Positions 28,472-40,500 are shown, counted from the stretch's first letter. The stretch is DNA of 64,000 nt from Chitinophaga pinensis (GCA_945898275.1 CAMDHZ010000002.1:5007-69006), one strand, 5' to 3'. Numbers and translations are program-made. Notes: generated from the sequence alone by a model not told the origin.

Positions 28472-29152
28472 ATGCTCAAAGACATTTTACAAATAATTTT
28501 TCCTAACCTCTGTATCAATTGCCATCAAACATTGGTTTTAAATGAAAAGCTATTGTGCTTAAATTGTCAATTAGAGTTGCCAGAAACTCAATATCATCTT
28601 ATGGATGAGAATAGTATAGAAAAATCCCTTTGGGGAAAGATTCCATTTCAAAGGGCATTTTCATTTCTGTATTTTAACCAAGAAGGCATTACGCAAAAAA
28701 TTTTGCACGAATTAAAATACAAAGGAAATGAAGACCTAGCGGTACTTTTAGGTAAGATTTATGGTCAGAGACTTAAAAATAGTAAGGCAGTTGAAGATAT
28801 AGAGGGAATTATGGCTATTCCATTGCACCCTATTAAATTACGAAAAAGAGGTTATAACCAAAGTCAAGCCTTTGCAAATGGTTTAGCGGAGGTTTTAGAA
28901 ATACCAGACTACAGCTCATTACTATTTAGAAAAAAAAATACAGCAACTCAAACACAAAAATCTAGGCTCGAACGTTGGAATAATGTAAAGTCGGTTTTTG
29001 GAGTTAAAAATGCTGAAACAATACAAAATAAACATATACTTGTTGTGGATGATGTGATAACAACTGGTGCAACCATTGAAAGTTGTGTAAGAGAAATCAT
29101 TGAAAAATCAAATTGTACACTTAGTATTGCAAGTATTGCTCATGCAGCGTAA
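28472..29152 (+). CDS. comF: ComF family protein (double zinc ribbon + phosphoribosyltransferase domain)
   Basis: N-terminal CxxC...CxxC (CINCHQ...CLNCQ) and the C-terminal PRTase motif ILVVDDVITTGATIESC. First ATG at 28472; the ORF opens with TTG at 28454. Confidence 0.8.
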   Translation: MLKDILQIIFPNLCINCHQTLVLNEKLLCLNCQLELPETQYHLMDENSIEKSLWGKIPFQRAFSFLYFNQEGITQKILHELKYKGNEDLAVLLGKIYGQRLKNSKAVEDIEGIMAIPLHPIKLRKRGYNQSQAFANGLAEVLEIPDYSSLLFRKKNTATQTQKSRLERWNNVKSVFGVKNAETIQNKHILVVDDVITTGATIESCVREIIEKSNCTLSIASIAHAA

Positions 29153-29183
29153 ACATGAAACAAAGTTCTACCCATAGTAAATT

Positions 29184-30647
29184 ATGAATAAAATTATAAT
29201 AATTTTAGTTACGGGACTTTTATTTTCCCTAAAAGTAAATGGCCAGTTCTTGGGTGGATTGCAAAGTAGCAACCAGGCTGGTGTTTTGGGCGTAACAGTA
29301 AACCCTTCACACACAAATTTCCTAAGCGGTGGAACCGATTTCTTGGCTTTTGGACTATCTAATTCAATTCTAAATAATGGGTTTTATTTGGATGCAAAAC
29401 TAATCACCGGATATGTAAATAAAAGCATCATTTCGTCGATAACAGGAAAATCAACAGATGGAGAGTCAATTAATGAAAAATTTGACAAAGCATATAATAT
29501 AAGGAGAAGCCTTAAAGACAAAAACTACATTTTTGCTGATGTAACCATTTACGGGCCTTCTTTTTTAATGAATTTTTCTAAACATTCTTTTGGAATCGTA
29601 ACTGCATTAAAAACTAATTCTAACACAATTAACATGCCCAAAGAAATGTCAATTTTCTTGTTAAAGGGCGCAGAGACAGTTGATTTAATTGGCAAAGAAA
29701 CAAGATTAAATAATGTTAGATCTAACACTATGGTCTACACGGATATTGCTTTAAACTACTCCTATAATTTTCGCGAAAACTTTAAATATAGCCATAGAGT
29801 TGGTGTTAGTTTGCACTATTTAAACGGAATAAACTCCATAATCTTTCAAGATAATAATAATTCGAAATGGTCCTTTATAGGTGATTCATCCATTAATTTT
29901 GAAAACTCGGGCTTTAATTTTAATTATGCCGCTGCAAAAGCCACAACTATTGGGGAACTTTTGGCTAGCCGTGGAAGCGGTTTTGCATTTGATATTGGAT
30001 ATTCAGTAACCAAAAAGAAAAAAGGAAGACCTACTCGGAAAACTATTTGTCCAAATATTAGAAACTTAGGTAAAATTAGGGAGTTTCAAGAATTCAAGTG
30101 GAGATTTGGCGTTTCTTTAATGGATATTGGATTTATTAGATTTACAGAGCAAACCTCTTCAAATACATATGAAAACGCAAATGGGGTTACAAAAAACTTA
30201 GATCAATCATTTTATGCAGGTGTATTTGCACTAGAAAGGCAATTGTTTTTCAACTTTGCAGGTAATCCAAATACCAATTATGTTGTAGACAATAAATATA
30301 CTCAGTATACAGCAAGTAGGGTAAATGTCCAATTTGATTATGCCCTTAAGCGTAATTGGTTTATCAACTTTAATGGGACACATCGCTTGCCTATTCCAGG
30401 CGATTTTGGAATGCGTGCAACCAATATTATGAGTATCACAGCAAGACGTGAAAGAGAAAAAAGTGGTATTTTCATACCACTTAATATTGTAGAATATCAA
30501 ATTCCTTCGTTAGGCTTTGGCTTCAAAGTAGGGCCATTTTTTATGGGAACAAATCATTTCTTGGAACTAATTGGACTCAGGGATATCAAAGGCGTAGATT
30601 TATATTTTGGCTTAAAATTTAATCTATCAAACTTTAGAGGCGCTTAA
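29184..30647 (+). CDS. Predicted outer-membrane beta-barrel protein of unknown function
   Basis: 487 aa. Signal peptide MNKIIIILVTGLLFSLKVNGQ. Alternating amphipathic beta-strand pattern with an aromatic-rich C-terminus. Confidence 0.4.
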   Translation: MNKIIIILVTGLLFSLKVNGQFLGGLQSSNQAGVLGVTVNPSHTNFLSGGTDFLAFGLSNSILNNGFYLDAKLITGYVNKSIISSITGKSTDGESINEKFDKAYNIRRSLKDKNYIFADVTIYGPSFLMNFSKHSFGIVTALKTNSNTINMPKEMSIFLLKGAETVDLIGKETRLNNVRSNTMVYTDIALNYSYNFRENFKYSHRVGVSLHYLNGINSIIFQDNNNSKWSFIGDSSINFENSGFNFNYAAAKATTIGELLASRGSGFAFDIGYSVTKKKKGRPTRKTICPNIRNLGKIREFQEFKWRFGVSLMDIGFIRFTEQTSSNTYENANGVTKNLDQSFYAGVFALERQLFFNFAGNPNTNYVVDNKYTQYTASRVNVQFDYALKRNWFINFNGTHRLPIPGDFGMRATNIMSITARREREKSGIFIPLNIVEYQIPSLGFGFKVGPFFMGTNHFLELIGLRDIKGVDLYFGLKFNLSNFRGA

Positions 30648-30651
30648 TACC

Positions 30652-31230
30652 CTATTTAATCAAATTGGTTATTTCAGTGCTATTTGGGTCAACTGATGAT
30701 CCAAAGTATTTTGACCAATTACCATTTGGGCCAACCAAAATCTTATTAAAGTTCCATTTAATAGTAGCATCACTAATACTATTGAGTTCCTTTCTTGTTA
30801 ACCATTGGTAAATTTCATGCTGGTTACTTCCTTTAACATCAATCTTTTCTGTTAATGGAAAAGTAACACCATAATTCTTTTTACAAAAACTCTCTATATC
30901 GCTTGCATTGCCAGGTTCCTGACCCATAAATTGGTTACATGGAAATCCGATAATTACCAACTTTTCGCCAAATTGCTTAGACAACTTTTGCAAGCCTGCA
31001 TATTGTGGCGTATATCCGCACTCACTTGCAACGTTTACACATAAAACATATTTACCTTTAAAATCAGACATTTTAATCATAGATTTTCCATCCAACGATT
31101 TAATTTTCAGATCATAAAAGTTCTTTGTAGCACTAGCATTTGCCACCTTTTTACTTCTTGAAGCAGTAAAGCTATAAACTAAAACACCTGCAAAAGCCAA
31201 GAACAAAACAGAAAAAAAATACTTCTTCAT
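30652..31230 (-). CDS. gpx: Glutathione peroxidase
   Basis: 192 aa. Signal/TM then CVNVASECGYTPQY ... GFPCNQFMGQEPG (GPx signature, with Cys in place of Sec). Confidence 0.85.
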   Translation of the reverse strand: MKKYFFSVLFLAFAGVLVYSFTASRSKKVANASATKNFYDLKIKSLDGKSMIKMSDFKGKYVLCVNVASECGYTPQYAGLQKLSKQFGEKLVIIGFPCNQFMGQEPGNASDIESFCKKNYGVTFPLTEKIDVKGSNQHEIYQWLTRKELNSISDATIKWNFNKILVGPNGNWSKYFGSSVDPNSTEITNLIK

Positions 31231-31234
31231 ATAC

Positions 31235-32077
31235 TTAAAAATTTAAAATTACATCTTTTACTTCATCCATCTGCCATTGTGGTGTGCTCGTTGCACCACA
31301 AATGCCAACTTTATCATCTTCAGTAAACCATTCTTTCTTAATTTCATTTTTGCTAGTTACAAAATAAGTATTTGGGTTATTGTCTTTACAAACATCATAA
31401 AGCACTTTGCCATTTGAAGATTTTAATCCAGAAACAAATACAACCTTATCAAACCTTTTTGCAAAATCTCTTAATTGAATATCCCTATTGCTTACCTGTC
31501 TGCATAGCGTATCGTTAAAATCTACTTGAATACCTTTGCTCTCCAGATTCTCCTTTAAGGCATACAAATTTTTAGTGCGTTTGGTGGTTTGGCTAAAAAG
31601 CTGGATTCTTTCTGGAAGTTCTATATTGTTTAATTCATCAAAATGCTCTACAACAATCGCCTCATTTTGGGTCTGCCCTAACAAACCCTTTACCTCTGCA
31701 TGTCCATGCTTTCCATAAATAAGAATTTTCTCATTTTTATTATGTGCTTCTCTAACACGATGTTGCAGTTTTAAAACAACTGGACAAGATGCATCTACCA
31801 GTTCGATATTATTTTCTAAAGCAAGTTGATAGGTTTCTGGGGGTTCTCCATGAGCTCTAATGAGCACCTTTGTATTTGTAAGTTTTTTAAAAACCTCATG
31901 ATCAATAATTTCTAATCCCTTTTTTCTAAGCCGAGCCACTTCTTCATCATTATGAACAATATCACCTAAACAAAATAAGTGCCCTTCTTCATCCAAAATA
32001 TCTTCCGCCATCTGAATGGCAAATACAACTCCAAAGCAGAAGCCAGAATTCTCGTCAATTTCTACGGATAATTTCAT
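31235..32077 (-). CDS. ispH: 4-hydroxy-3-methylbut-2-enyl diphosphate reductase
   Basis: 280 aa. N-terminal GFCFGV (IspH/LytB Fe-S cysteine motif), with conserved Cys and His residues along the length. Confidence 0.9.
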   Translation of the reverse strand: MKLSVEIDENSGFCFGVVFAIQMAEDILDEEGHLFCLGDIVHNDEEVARLRKKGLEIIDHEVFKKLTNTKVLIRAHGEPPETYQLALENNIELVDASCPVVLKLQHRVREAHNKNEKILIYGKHGHAEVKGLLGQTQNEAIVVEHFDELNNIELPERIQLFSQTTKRTKNLYALKENLESKGIQVDFNDTLCRQVSNRDIQLRDFAKRFDKVVFVSGLKSSNGKVLYDVCKDNNPNTYFVTSKNEIKKEWFTEDDKVGICGATSTPQWQMDEVKDVILNF

Positions 32078-32214
32078 AAAACGATTGTATTGATTTTAAA
32101 CACCTCACAAAGGTAAATGTTTAAAATTGTCAAACATTATAAATAGCAGGTAAAGAATTCGGTTTGAACCAAATTTTAAAGCTATAAAAACTAAGAAAGC
32201 AATAATGAGTTATT

Positions 32215-32661
32215 ATGATTATGAATGAAATAGAAAATCAGGTAAATGAAGATGGCAGCTATATTGGACCAGCAAACTTATCACCTATCCCTTTAAGTGT
32301 TGGCTCACCTGTTATAAGAGTTGAGGATAAAAACAAAATAAAAGCAAATGCCGTAGAAGCAATGCATCATTATGCTAATCAAGAAATTGCATTATTAAAA
32401 AGACAAGCAGATTTGATAATGGAACAGGTGCGTGAAATTGAAAATCGCTTGAAGGTTTCTGAAAACATTTATGAATCTGATTTTAGATTTCAGCCAATTG
32501 TAGGGCAACTCTATCATCTTTATGAGAAAGACGACCATTATAAACTTTCCCTTATAGGTCCAGAAGAATGGGGAAGAAGTAAATCCATGGGCAAACATAT
32601 TGCTTCTGTTAAGTTGCTAGGAGACCACAGTTGGGAAGTCCAACAATCTAAACACCGATAA
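32215..32661 (+). CDS. Hypothetical protein (small soluble, conserved Bacteroidota DUF-like)
   Basis: 148 aa. No recognised motif. ATG at 32215. Confidence 0.4.
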   Translation: MIMNEIENQVNEDGSYIGPANLSPIPLSVGSPVIRVEDKNKIKANAVEAMHHYANQEIALLKRQADLIMEQVREIENRLKVSENIYESDFRFQPIVGQLYHLYEKDDHYKLSLIGPEEWGRSKSMGKHIASVKLLGDHSWEVQQSKHR

Positions 32662-32714
32662 GGATATTTTTGCGTTTCAGGTAATTTAACTAACTTTGGC
32701 GCGCAATATTACTT

Positions 32715-33065
32715 ATGCAGATTCAATTACTAAAATCAAAAATTCATAGGGCAAAAATTACCCAAACTGAATTACATTATGTTGGAAGTATCACCATTGA
32801 TGAAGATTTAATGGAGGCAGCCAACATGATTGAAAACGAAAAAGTTCATGTGGTTAATATTAATAATGGGGAGCGTTTTGAAACCTACATTATTAAAGGA
32901 GAAAGAGGTTCTGGAATGATTTGCCTTAATGGACCAGCAGCAAGAAAAGCTGCCGTTGGTGATTATGTTATTGTTATTTCTTATTGTTTAATGAATTTTG
33001 AAGAAGCAAAGGAATATAAGCCAATTGCCATTTATCCTGACCCCAATAATAAACTGTCACATTGA
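32715..33065 (+). CDS. panD: Aspartate 1-decarboxylase
   Basis: 116 aa. KIHRAKIT...HYVGSITID contains the Gly-Ser self-cleavage site that forms the pyruvoyl group. Confidence 0.9.
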   Translation: MQIQLLKSKIHRAKITQTELHYVGSITIDEDLMEAANMIENEKVHVVNINNGERFETYIIKGERGSGMICLNGPAARKAAVGDYVIVISYCLMNFEEAKEYKPIAIYPDPNNKLSH

Positions 33066-34087
33066 GCAATCAAACAAAAAAAATAGTTCAATTATTACTT
33101 GTAATTTTAATTGGTAGTTTTTTCATTTACTATTCTTTTAAAGGTACTGATTGGTCAGATTTGTTTACTAAAATAAGTGAAGCAAAAATAGGCTGGCTAA
33201 TTCTAGGTATGGCAATTTCCCTCACAAGTCATTGGCTAAGAGCATATAGGGCAACTTTGTTATATGATGCAATGAACTATAAAGTTGGCACAAAAAACAG
33301 TTTATATGCAGTACTTATTGGGTATATGATGAATTACTTTATTCCTCGCGCAGGCGAACTAAGTAGGTGTGCCTCTTTGAGTAAAACCGATAACTTACCA
33401 GTGGAAAAAAGCTTGGGTTCAGTTGTTACGGAGCGCATAGTTGATATGGTGTTACTTATAATCATCTTAGGAGGTATCTTTTTGCTTCAATTTGACATGA
33501 TTGTTGGATTTATAGAATCCGCATCCTCAAATACTAATACAACTGCAAGCAAATCTTCTTTTCCATGGAAAATTGTTATATTAACTGCACTAATTATACT
33601 TTCGTTTGTGCTATATTTTTTAAAAGATAAGCTTTTAAAATTGCCTTTATTCATTAGAATATTTAAACTTCTTCAAGGTTTTTCTGATGGTTTACTAAGC
33701 ATACGTCATTTAAAAAATCCAGGACTTTTCATAATATTATCGGTGCTTATTTGGGTAGGATATATTTTAATGATGTATTTCTGCTTATTCTCTTTGGAAT
33801 CTACTTCGAATTTAACGTTTTCTGATTGTTTAACTGTTTTTACAATAGGAACAATTGGAGTGGTTCTACCAGCTCCAGGCGCTGGCGCTGGCACTTATCA
33901 CTTTTTTGTGATGCAAAGTTTGATGCTTTTTGGGGTTGCTAAAGAAGACGGTCTTGCGTATGCAACTTTGGTGCATGGTCTTCAAATGATAGTATTGATA
34001 TTTTTAGGTTTGGCAGCATCTGGAATAATATATTTGGGTCAGAAAAAAAATGAACAAATTAAACCAAACATTAGCCAAGATATTTGA
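33062..34087 (+). CDS. Lysylphosphatidylglycerol-synthase-TM-region-like (UPF0104 / flippase-like) membrane protein
   Basis: 341 aa with about 8 TM helices. Common panD neighbour in Bacteroidota. TTG start overlapping the panD stop. Confidence 0.6.
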   Translation: MSNQTKKIVQLLLVILIGSFFIYYSFKGTDWSDLFTKISEAKIGWLILGMAISLTSHWLRAYRATLLYDAMNYKVGTKNSLYAVLIGYMMNYFIPRAGELSRCASLSKTDNLPVEKSLGSVVTERIVDMVLLIIILGGIFLLQFDMIVGFIESASSNTNTTASKSSFPWKIVILTALIILSFVLYFLKDKLLKLPLFIRIFKLLQGFSDGLLSIRHLKNPGLFIILSVLIWVGYILMMYFCLFSLESTSNLTFSDCLTVFTIGTIGVVLPAPGAGAGTYHFFVMQSLMLFGVAKEDGLAYATLVHGLQMIVLIFLGLAASGIIYLGQKKNEQIKPNISQDI

Positions 34088-34541
34088 TGCGTCAAGTCTC
34101 TCAAAAGCTCTATCAAACTGGAGACAAGAAGGAAAAAAAATAGTATTTACTAATGGCTGTTTCGACATTCTTCACCGTGGTCATGTAGACTATTTAGCAA
34201 AAGCTGCAGATTTAGGTGACATTTTAATAGTAGGGTTAAATACAGATATATCAGTGAGTAAATTAAAAGGTTCTCATCGTCCAATCCAAGATGAACAATC
34301 CCGTTTGCAGATAATGGCTTCTTTAGGATTTGTTGATGGTGTAATACTATTTTCTGAACCAACCCCTTTGGAGCTTATCAGATTGGTTCAACCCGATGTA
34401 TTAGTTAAAGGAAGTGACTATCAAATAGAAAATATTGTAGGGTATGATATAGTAATGTCAAAAGGTGGAAAAATCCAAACTATTGACTTTCTAGATGGTT
34501 TCTCTACTAGTGCAATAGAAAAGAAAATCATGAGCAATTAG
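34050..34541 (+). CDS. rfaE2: D-glycero-beta-D-manno-heptose 1-phosphate adenylyltransferase (RfaE domain II-like cytidylyltransferase)
   Basis: 163 aa. VFTNGCFDILHRGHVDYL (HxGH nucleotidyltransferase motif) and ...GSDY. 38-nt overlap with the upstream gene. Confidence 0.75.
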   Translation: MNKLNQTLAKIFDASSLSKALSNWRQEGKKIVFTNGCFDILHRGHVDYLAKAADLGDILIVGLNTDISVSKLKGSHRPIQDEQSRLQIMASLGFVDGVILFSEPTPLELIRLVQPDVLVKGSDYQIENIVGYDIVMSKGGKIQTIDFLDGFSTSAIEKKIMSN

Positions 34542-34596
34542 GCATTAATTAGAAAATTACAAGGCAAATATTATATTCGTTTCAAATTACAGATAT

Positions 34597-35736
34597 ATGA
34601 ATTTTGATTATACTGAAGAGCATTTAAATGTGCAGCAAGCAGCAAGAGATTTTGCTCAAACTGAACTACTTCCTGGTGTTATTGAGCGAGATAATGACCA
34701 AGAATTCCCATATGAACAAATAAAAAAGTTAGGGGAACTTGGCTTTTTAGGAATGATGGTCGATCCAAAATATGGTGGCTCTGGTATGGATACAATTTCA
34801 TATGTTTTAGCCATGGAAGAATTATCAAAAGTGGACGCATCTGCCTCAGTGGTTGTTTCTGTAAACAATTCACTTGTTTGTTGGGGACTTGAAACTTATG
34901 GTACTGAGGAGCAAAAACAAAAATATTTAGTTCCAATGGCAAGCGGAAAAGTGCATGGGGCATTTTTGCTTTCAGAACCTGAAGCTGGTTCAGATGCAAC
35001 TTCACAACGCACTACCGCCTTTGATAATGGAGACCATTATTTATTAAACGGAACCAAGAACTGGATCACTAATGGCAACTCTGGTACCTATTATTTAGTA
35101 ATTGCCCAAACAGATATTGAAAAAGGACACAAGGGGATTAATGCTTTCATCGTAGAAAAAAGCTGGCCAGGGGTTGTAGTTGGTAAAAAAGAAGACAAAA
35201 TGGGGATTCGCGGAAGTGATACACACAGTATCATGTTTCAAGATGTAAAAGTTCCAAAGGAAAATAGAATTGGTGAGGATGGTTTTGGATTTAAGTTTGC
35301 AATGAAGGTTCTAGCAGGTGGTCGCATTGGCATTGCTGCACAAGCTCTAGGGATTGCAAGCGGCGCATATGAATTATCACTTAAGTATTCTAAAGAAAGA
35401 AAAGCATTTGGTAAGGAAATTATGCATCACCAAGCAATTCAATTCAAGTTGGCAGACATGGCAACCCAAATTGAAGCCGCAAGACTTTTAGTAACCAAAG
35501 CAGCAGCAATGAAAGATGCAGGCTTGGATTATGGTCTTATGAGTTCTATGGCAAAAGTATTTGCATCGGAAACAGCAATGTGGGTAACTACAGAAGCAGT
35601 CCAAGTACATGGCGGATATGGATATGTTAAAGAATATCATGTTGAGCGTTTGATGCGCGATGCTAAAATCACCCAAATCTATGAAGGTACTAGTGAGGTA
35701 AATAGGATTGTTATTTCAAGAGAATTATTGAGATAA
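34597..35736 (+). CDS. Acyl-CoA dehydrogenase
   Basis: 379 aa. ACAD signatures: the catalytic Glu region YEGTSEVNRIVISRELL at the C-terminus and FAD-binding motifs. Confidence 0.9.
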   Translation: MNFDYTEEHLNVQQAARDFAQTELLPGVIERDNDQEFPYEQIKKLGELGFLGMMVDPKYGGSGMDTISYVLAMEELSKVDASASVVVSVNNSLVCWGLETYGTEEQKQKYLVPMASGKVHGAFLLSEPEAGSDATSQRTTAFDNGDHYLLNGTKNWITNGNSGTYYLVIAQTDIEKGHKGINAFIVEKSWPGVVVGKKEDKMGIRGSDTHSIMFQDVKVPKENRIGEDGFGFKFAMKVLAGGRIGIAAQALGIASGAYELSLKYSKERKAFGKEIMHHQAIQFKLADMATQIEAARLLVTKAAAMKDAGLDYGLMSSMAKVFASETAMWVTTEAVQVHGGYGYVKEYHVERLMRDAKITQIYEGTSEVNRIVISRELLR

Positions 35737-36342
35737 CAAATGTGAAATATCGTTTTCCTTAAGTAGTTTAAATTGACCTTCTTCAAAAGATAATAGATAA
35801 AGACATAAGTTACTGTGAGGAAAAACTTCCATCTCAGATAAAGGCCTGCTAAGCAATGTGCATAGCAGGCTTTTCATTGCTCGACCATGCATACAAACTA
35901 AAACACAATCATATTCAGTTTCTTTTAACAAAGTTACAATAGGATGTTGCCTAGTTTGCATTTCAAGGGCACTTTCGCCATTTTGAAGCTTTGCATGATA
36001 ATTTCCATTATTCCAGTTATTAACTACTTCCCAATAATGCCTCCGCTCTTCTTCAGATTGCTGTTTGCCTTCATAAACTCCCCAACTAATCTCATTAAGT
36101 TCTTTATGAGGTGTATAGGAAAATCCAGCTTCAATAAAAGGCATTACACTTTGTTTAGTTCTTACTAGTTTAGAGATGTAAATATGTTTGAACCCAACAT
36201 CTTTATATAGTTTATAAAAGGCCCTTGCTTGTTCTTCGCCTCTAGCATTAAGTTCCATATCTACGCCACTACCTTGAACAATTCCTAATTTATTAAAATC
36301 AGTTTCGCCATGTCTAATAATGTAAATTAACTTTTTCTTCAT
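35725..36342 (-). CDS. Histidine phosphatase (phosphoglycerate mutase) family protein
   Basis: 205 aa. RHGETDFN catalytic motif. Confidence 0.8.
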   Translation of the reverse strand: MKKKLIYIIRHGETDFNKLGIVQGSGVDMELNARGEEQARAFYKLYKDVGFKHIYISKLVRTKQSVMPFIEAGFSYTPHKELNEISWGVYEGKQQSEEERRHYWEVVNNWNNGNYHAKLQNGESALEMQTRQHPIVTLLKETEYDCVLVCMHGRAMKSLLCTLLSRPLSEMEVFPHSNLCLYLLSFEEGQFKLLKENDISHLLSQ

Positions 36343-36420
36343 TTGATTGGTAATATCTATAATTTAATTGACAAATATCAAAGTAAAAACTATATTGCCT
36401 AAACACAAATAACCAAACCA

Positions 36421-37554
36421 ATGAATTCGGAACAAATTAAATTCACCCAAAACCAAGGTTGGAATGCCAATCTCAGCAATTTAGAAATTAAACCAAATTT
36501 AATTTTTGCTTTTGGTTCAACACAATTAATTAAAGAAGGTAAAGGCTTAAAGGAGCTTTATTCAAAATTTCCTGAAGCAATTTTTATTGGAGGAACTTCC
36601 TCAGGCGAAATTTTAGATACAAATGTCTTCGATGATACTATTATTGCCACACTGGTTAGTTTTGACAAAACTACCTTAAAATATGTATCAGAAGCTGTTG
36701 CAAAAAGTGATGAAAGCTATGAAGCAGGAAAAAAACTAATTGAACAGCTTCCTAAAGAAAACCTCAAACATGTCTTTGTAATGAGTGAGGGTTTAAACAT
36801 AAATGGCTCTGAACTTGTAAGAGGTCTAAGAGATATTTTACCAAGTAATGTAAGTGCAACTGGCGGTTTGGCTGGTGATGGAGCCAATTTTAATGAAACA
36901 TATATTTTAAGTCATTCTGGTGAACCAAAAAATAAAATGGTTTCAGCGATTGGATTTTATAGTTCTGTTTTAAAGGTATCATATGGAAGTTTAGGGGGCT
37001 GGGATAGTTTTGGAGTAGAAAGATTGGTTACCAAATCAAAAAACAATGTATTGTTTGAATTAGATGGAAAGCCAGCACTTGAATTATATAAATCATTCCT
37101 TGGCGAACATGCTAAAGATTTACCTGCATCTGGCTTATTGTTCCCTTTAAATTTAAGAACTGAAAAAGATAGCGAACCTGTTGTTCGAACCATATTAGCA
37201 GTAGATGAAACAAATCAATCTTTAACTTTCGCAGGAGACATACCAGAAGGCAGTTATGTTAGGTTAATGAAGGCAAATTTTGACAGACTAATTGAGGGAG
37301 CTACTGGTGCGGCTAAGGGCACCATTAAAGATAAACAAGAAAATCCAGAATTAGCCATTTTAATTAGTTGTGTGGGCAGAAAATTGGTTCTAAAACAAAT
37401 GGTTGAAGAGGAAGTAGAGGGCGTAAGAGAAGTATTAGGAAATACAACCACCCTTTGCGGATTTTACTCTTATGGTGAAATCTCTCCTTTTTCTAATGAG
37501 GCCAAGTGTGAATTACACAATCAAACGATGACAATAACTACTTTCGCAGAATAA
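36421..37554 (+). CDS. FIST-domain (FIST_N + FIST_C) sensory protein
   Basis: 377 aa. Organisation and motifs typical of standalone FIST proteins (IFIGGTSSGEI..., a C-terminal GFYSYGEISP-like region). Located immediately upstream of a sensor kinase. Confidence 0.6.
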   Translation: MNSEQIKFTQNQGWNANLSNLEIKPNLIFAFGSTQLIKEGKGLKELYSKFPEAIFIGGTSSGEILDTNVFDDTIIATLVSFDKTTLKYVSEAVAKSDESYEAGKKLIEQLPKENLKHVFVMSEGLNINGSELVRGLRDILPSNVSATGGLAGDGANFNETYILSHSGEPKNKMVSAIGFYSSVLKVSYGSLGGWDSFGVERLVTKSKNNVLFELDGKPALELYKSFLGEHAKDLPASGLLFPLNLRTEKDSEPVVRTILAVDETNQSLTFAGDIPEGSYVRLMKANFDRLIEGATGAAKGTIKDKQENPELAILISCVGRKLVLKQMVEEEVEGVREVLGNTTTLCGFYSYGEISPFSNEAKCELHNQTMTITTFAE

Positions 37555-37590
37555 TTCTAACACAAATCCTCTTCCAAAACACGGAATCAC

Positions 37591-40500
37591 ATGCATCGTT
37601 TGCTTAAACGCCAATTAAAAAAACTGTTTGGAGAAGAATCTCCTATAGAAAATAATCTTAAACAATTAATTGACCTTGTTGATGAAAGTTATAATCACTT
37701 TCAATCTGATTACAATAAATTAGAGAGGATACTTGAACTAAGTTCCAAGGAATCTTTTAAGGAATTAAGCAATTTTAAAAATGCAATAGATACTGCTGCA
37801 TTAGTGTCGCTAACAGATGCAAAAGGAGAAATCCTAATGGCAAATGAAAACTTCTGCAAACTTTCTGGTTACTCTCTGGGTGAATTAATTGGGAAAAATC
37901 ACAGTATAGTAAACAGTGGTGTTCATGATAAGGAGTTTTGGAAAGGAATGTGGCAAACTGCAGGAAGTGGTAAAATTTGGCAATCTGAAGTTTGTAATAG
38001 AAAAAAAAACAAGGAGTTATATTGGGTCGATTCAACAATAATCCCATTTTTAAATGATGCTGGCAAACCCTATCAATATTTGTCAATCAGGTTTGATATT
38101 TCTCAAAGAAAAAAGATTGAGGAGGAAATAAAAACCCTTGCATTAGTTGCACAAAAAACACAGAATGCTGTAATAATTTCTGACCCAAATGGTATAGCTA
38201 CTTGGACAAACGAAGGGTTCGAAAGAATTACAGGGTATAGTGTAAAAGAGGTGCTTGGTAAAAAACCAGGATGGCTTCTTCAGGGTCCTGAAACAGATTT
38301 AAATACCAAGGCAGAAATTGCAGCTGCATTGAAGGATATAAAACCCTATAATGGAGAAATTTTAAACTACTCAAAGTCAGGTGAATGCTATTGGATTTCC
38401 CTAAGTATTACACCTGTAAAGGAGGGCGATAAACATATTGGGTTCATTGCAATTGAATCTGATATTACTGAAAGAAAAGCAGTTGAAAAAAGAATTAAAG
38501 AGAATGAGGAAAAGTTTAGGCTTTTAATTGAATCAGCAACTGACATCTTTTATTACACCGATGGAGATGGGAACTTTACCTATGTAAATGATATAGCAAC
38601 AAAAATCACAGGTTTTAGTACTGAAGAATTGCTTAAAATGAATTATTTAGATTTGGTTGATCCAAAATCTAGACAAAAAGTACAAAGTTTTTATTTAAGG
38701 CAAGCGGTTGAATTAAAACAGGTTACTTATTTTGAATTTCCAATTTTAACCAAATTAGGTAAAACTGCATGGGTAGGTCAAAATGTTCAACTCATTAAAA
38801 CAAGTGATAATAGACTAGGTATTCAAGCCATTGCAAGAGATATAACAAGCCTTAAGGACGCACAACTTGAAATAGAAAATTCTCATAATTTTTTGAACCA
38901 AATTTTAGATTCTATTCCAAGCCCATTATTTGTAAAAGATCGCGAGCACAATTGGGTAATGGTTAACGATGCCTATGCAAGATTAACTGGAATTGAAAAA
39001 AATCAAATTATTGGTAAAAATGACTTGAGTTTTTTACCAAAAGAGGATGCAGAAGAATTTATCTCCCAAGATGAAGAACAATTTAATACTAAACTTGAAA
39101 AAATGAGGGAAGTCTCCTTCCAAAAGCAAGATGGAGACGAAAAGATACTTTTAGTAAAAAAGACTGTTTTTACCAACCAAGGAAAAGATTATCTCATAGG
39201 CGTTATAACAGACATAACAGATCTTAAAGAAAGAGAGAAACAAATTATTTTGTATAACAAAATGTCTGACCAAATTAGTGACGCCATTTCAGTTGCTGAT
39301 TATGATGGAAAACTAATCTATGTAAATGAAAGTCATACAAGAAATTTAGGCAAAACTAAAGCTGAAATGATTGGTAGTTCCATTATTGAAATGGAAAAAC
39401 TTTTCCCAGATATTGGCGCATGGCAACAACATTATAATGAGGTAAAATTAAAAGGCGAAATTCTTGTTGAAGGATTAAATATGCGCAAAGATGGTAGCAC
39501 ATTTCCAGTTGAGGCTAGTGTAAAATACATCAGAATTGAAGAGAAAGGCTACATTGTAGCAGCCATTCGTGATATTACAGAACGGAAAAGAAATGAAGAG
39601 GCTGTAAAACAAATGAAAGAATTTTATGAAACGGTATTAAATAAAATTCCATCTGAAGTGGTAGTTTTTGATAAGAATCATAGATACCTATTTGTGAATG
39701 AAACTGCAGTAAAAGATAAAGTAAAAAGAGAGTGGCTAGTAGGTCACGATGATTTTGAATATTGCAATCAGTTTAACAGGCCTCAAGAAATTGCAAAAGA
39801 AAGAAGGAAACTTTTCGAAAATGTAACCTCTAATAAACAACAGTTAGAATTTGAAGAAAAACTTTTTGATTCTAATGGAAAAGCTACTTATACATTAAGA
39901 AGATTCTATCCAATTTTAGATGACAAAAAAGAAGTGCTTCATATCATTGGATTTGGGATAGACATAACTTCTAGAATAGAAGCAGAAAAACAAACAAGAG
40001 AAAGTGAAGAACGTTTAAAACTTGCAACCCAAAGCGCAAATTTAGGAATTTGGGACTGGAACCTGAAGGAAAATACTTTAATTTGGGACGAATCAATGTA
40101 TCTTATTTTTGGCGTTGACCCAAAACAATTTTCAAACGATTATGAGGCATTCGCAAATACTTTACATCCAGAAGATGCAGAAAGAGTTAACTTAGAATTA
40201 CAAGCTTCATTGGATGAACATAAAGATTTTAGCAGTATCTTTAGGATCATTTCTGATAATAAAAAAATAAAATATGTAACTGCTTTCTCCAAAACATTTA
40301 GAAATGAACAAGATGAACCATTAAGAATGATTGGTGTATATTACGATGTTACAGAAAACACTTTAACTCAACAAAAACTATTAAAACAACAACAAGACCT
40401 CGAAGAGGCACAGCACATTGCAAGAGTAGGTGGGTGGGAAATAGATGTAAAAGAAAGGTCTATTTTATGGTCAAAAGAGATGTTTCACATTTGTGAATAT

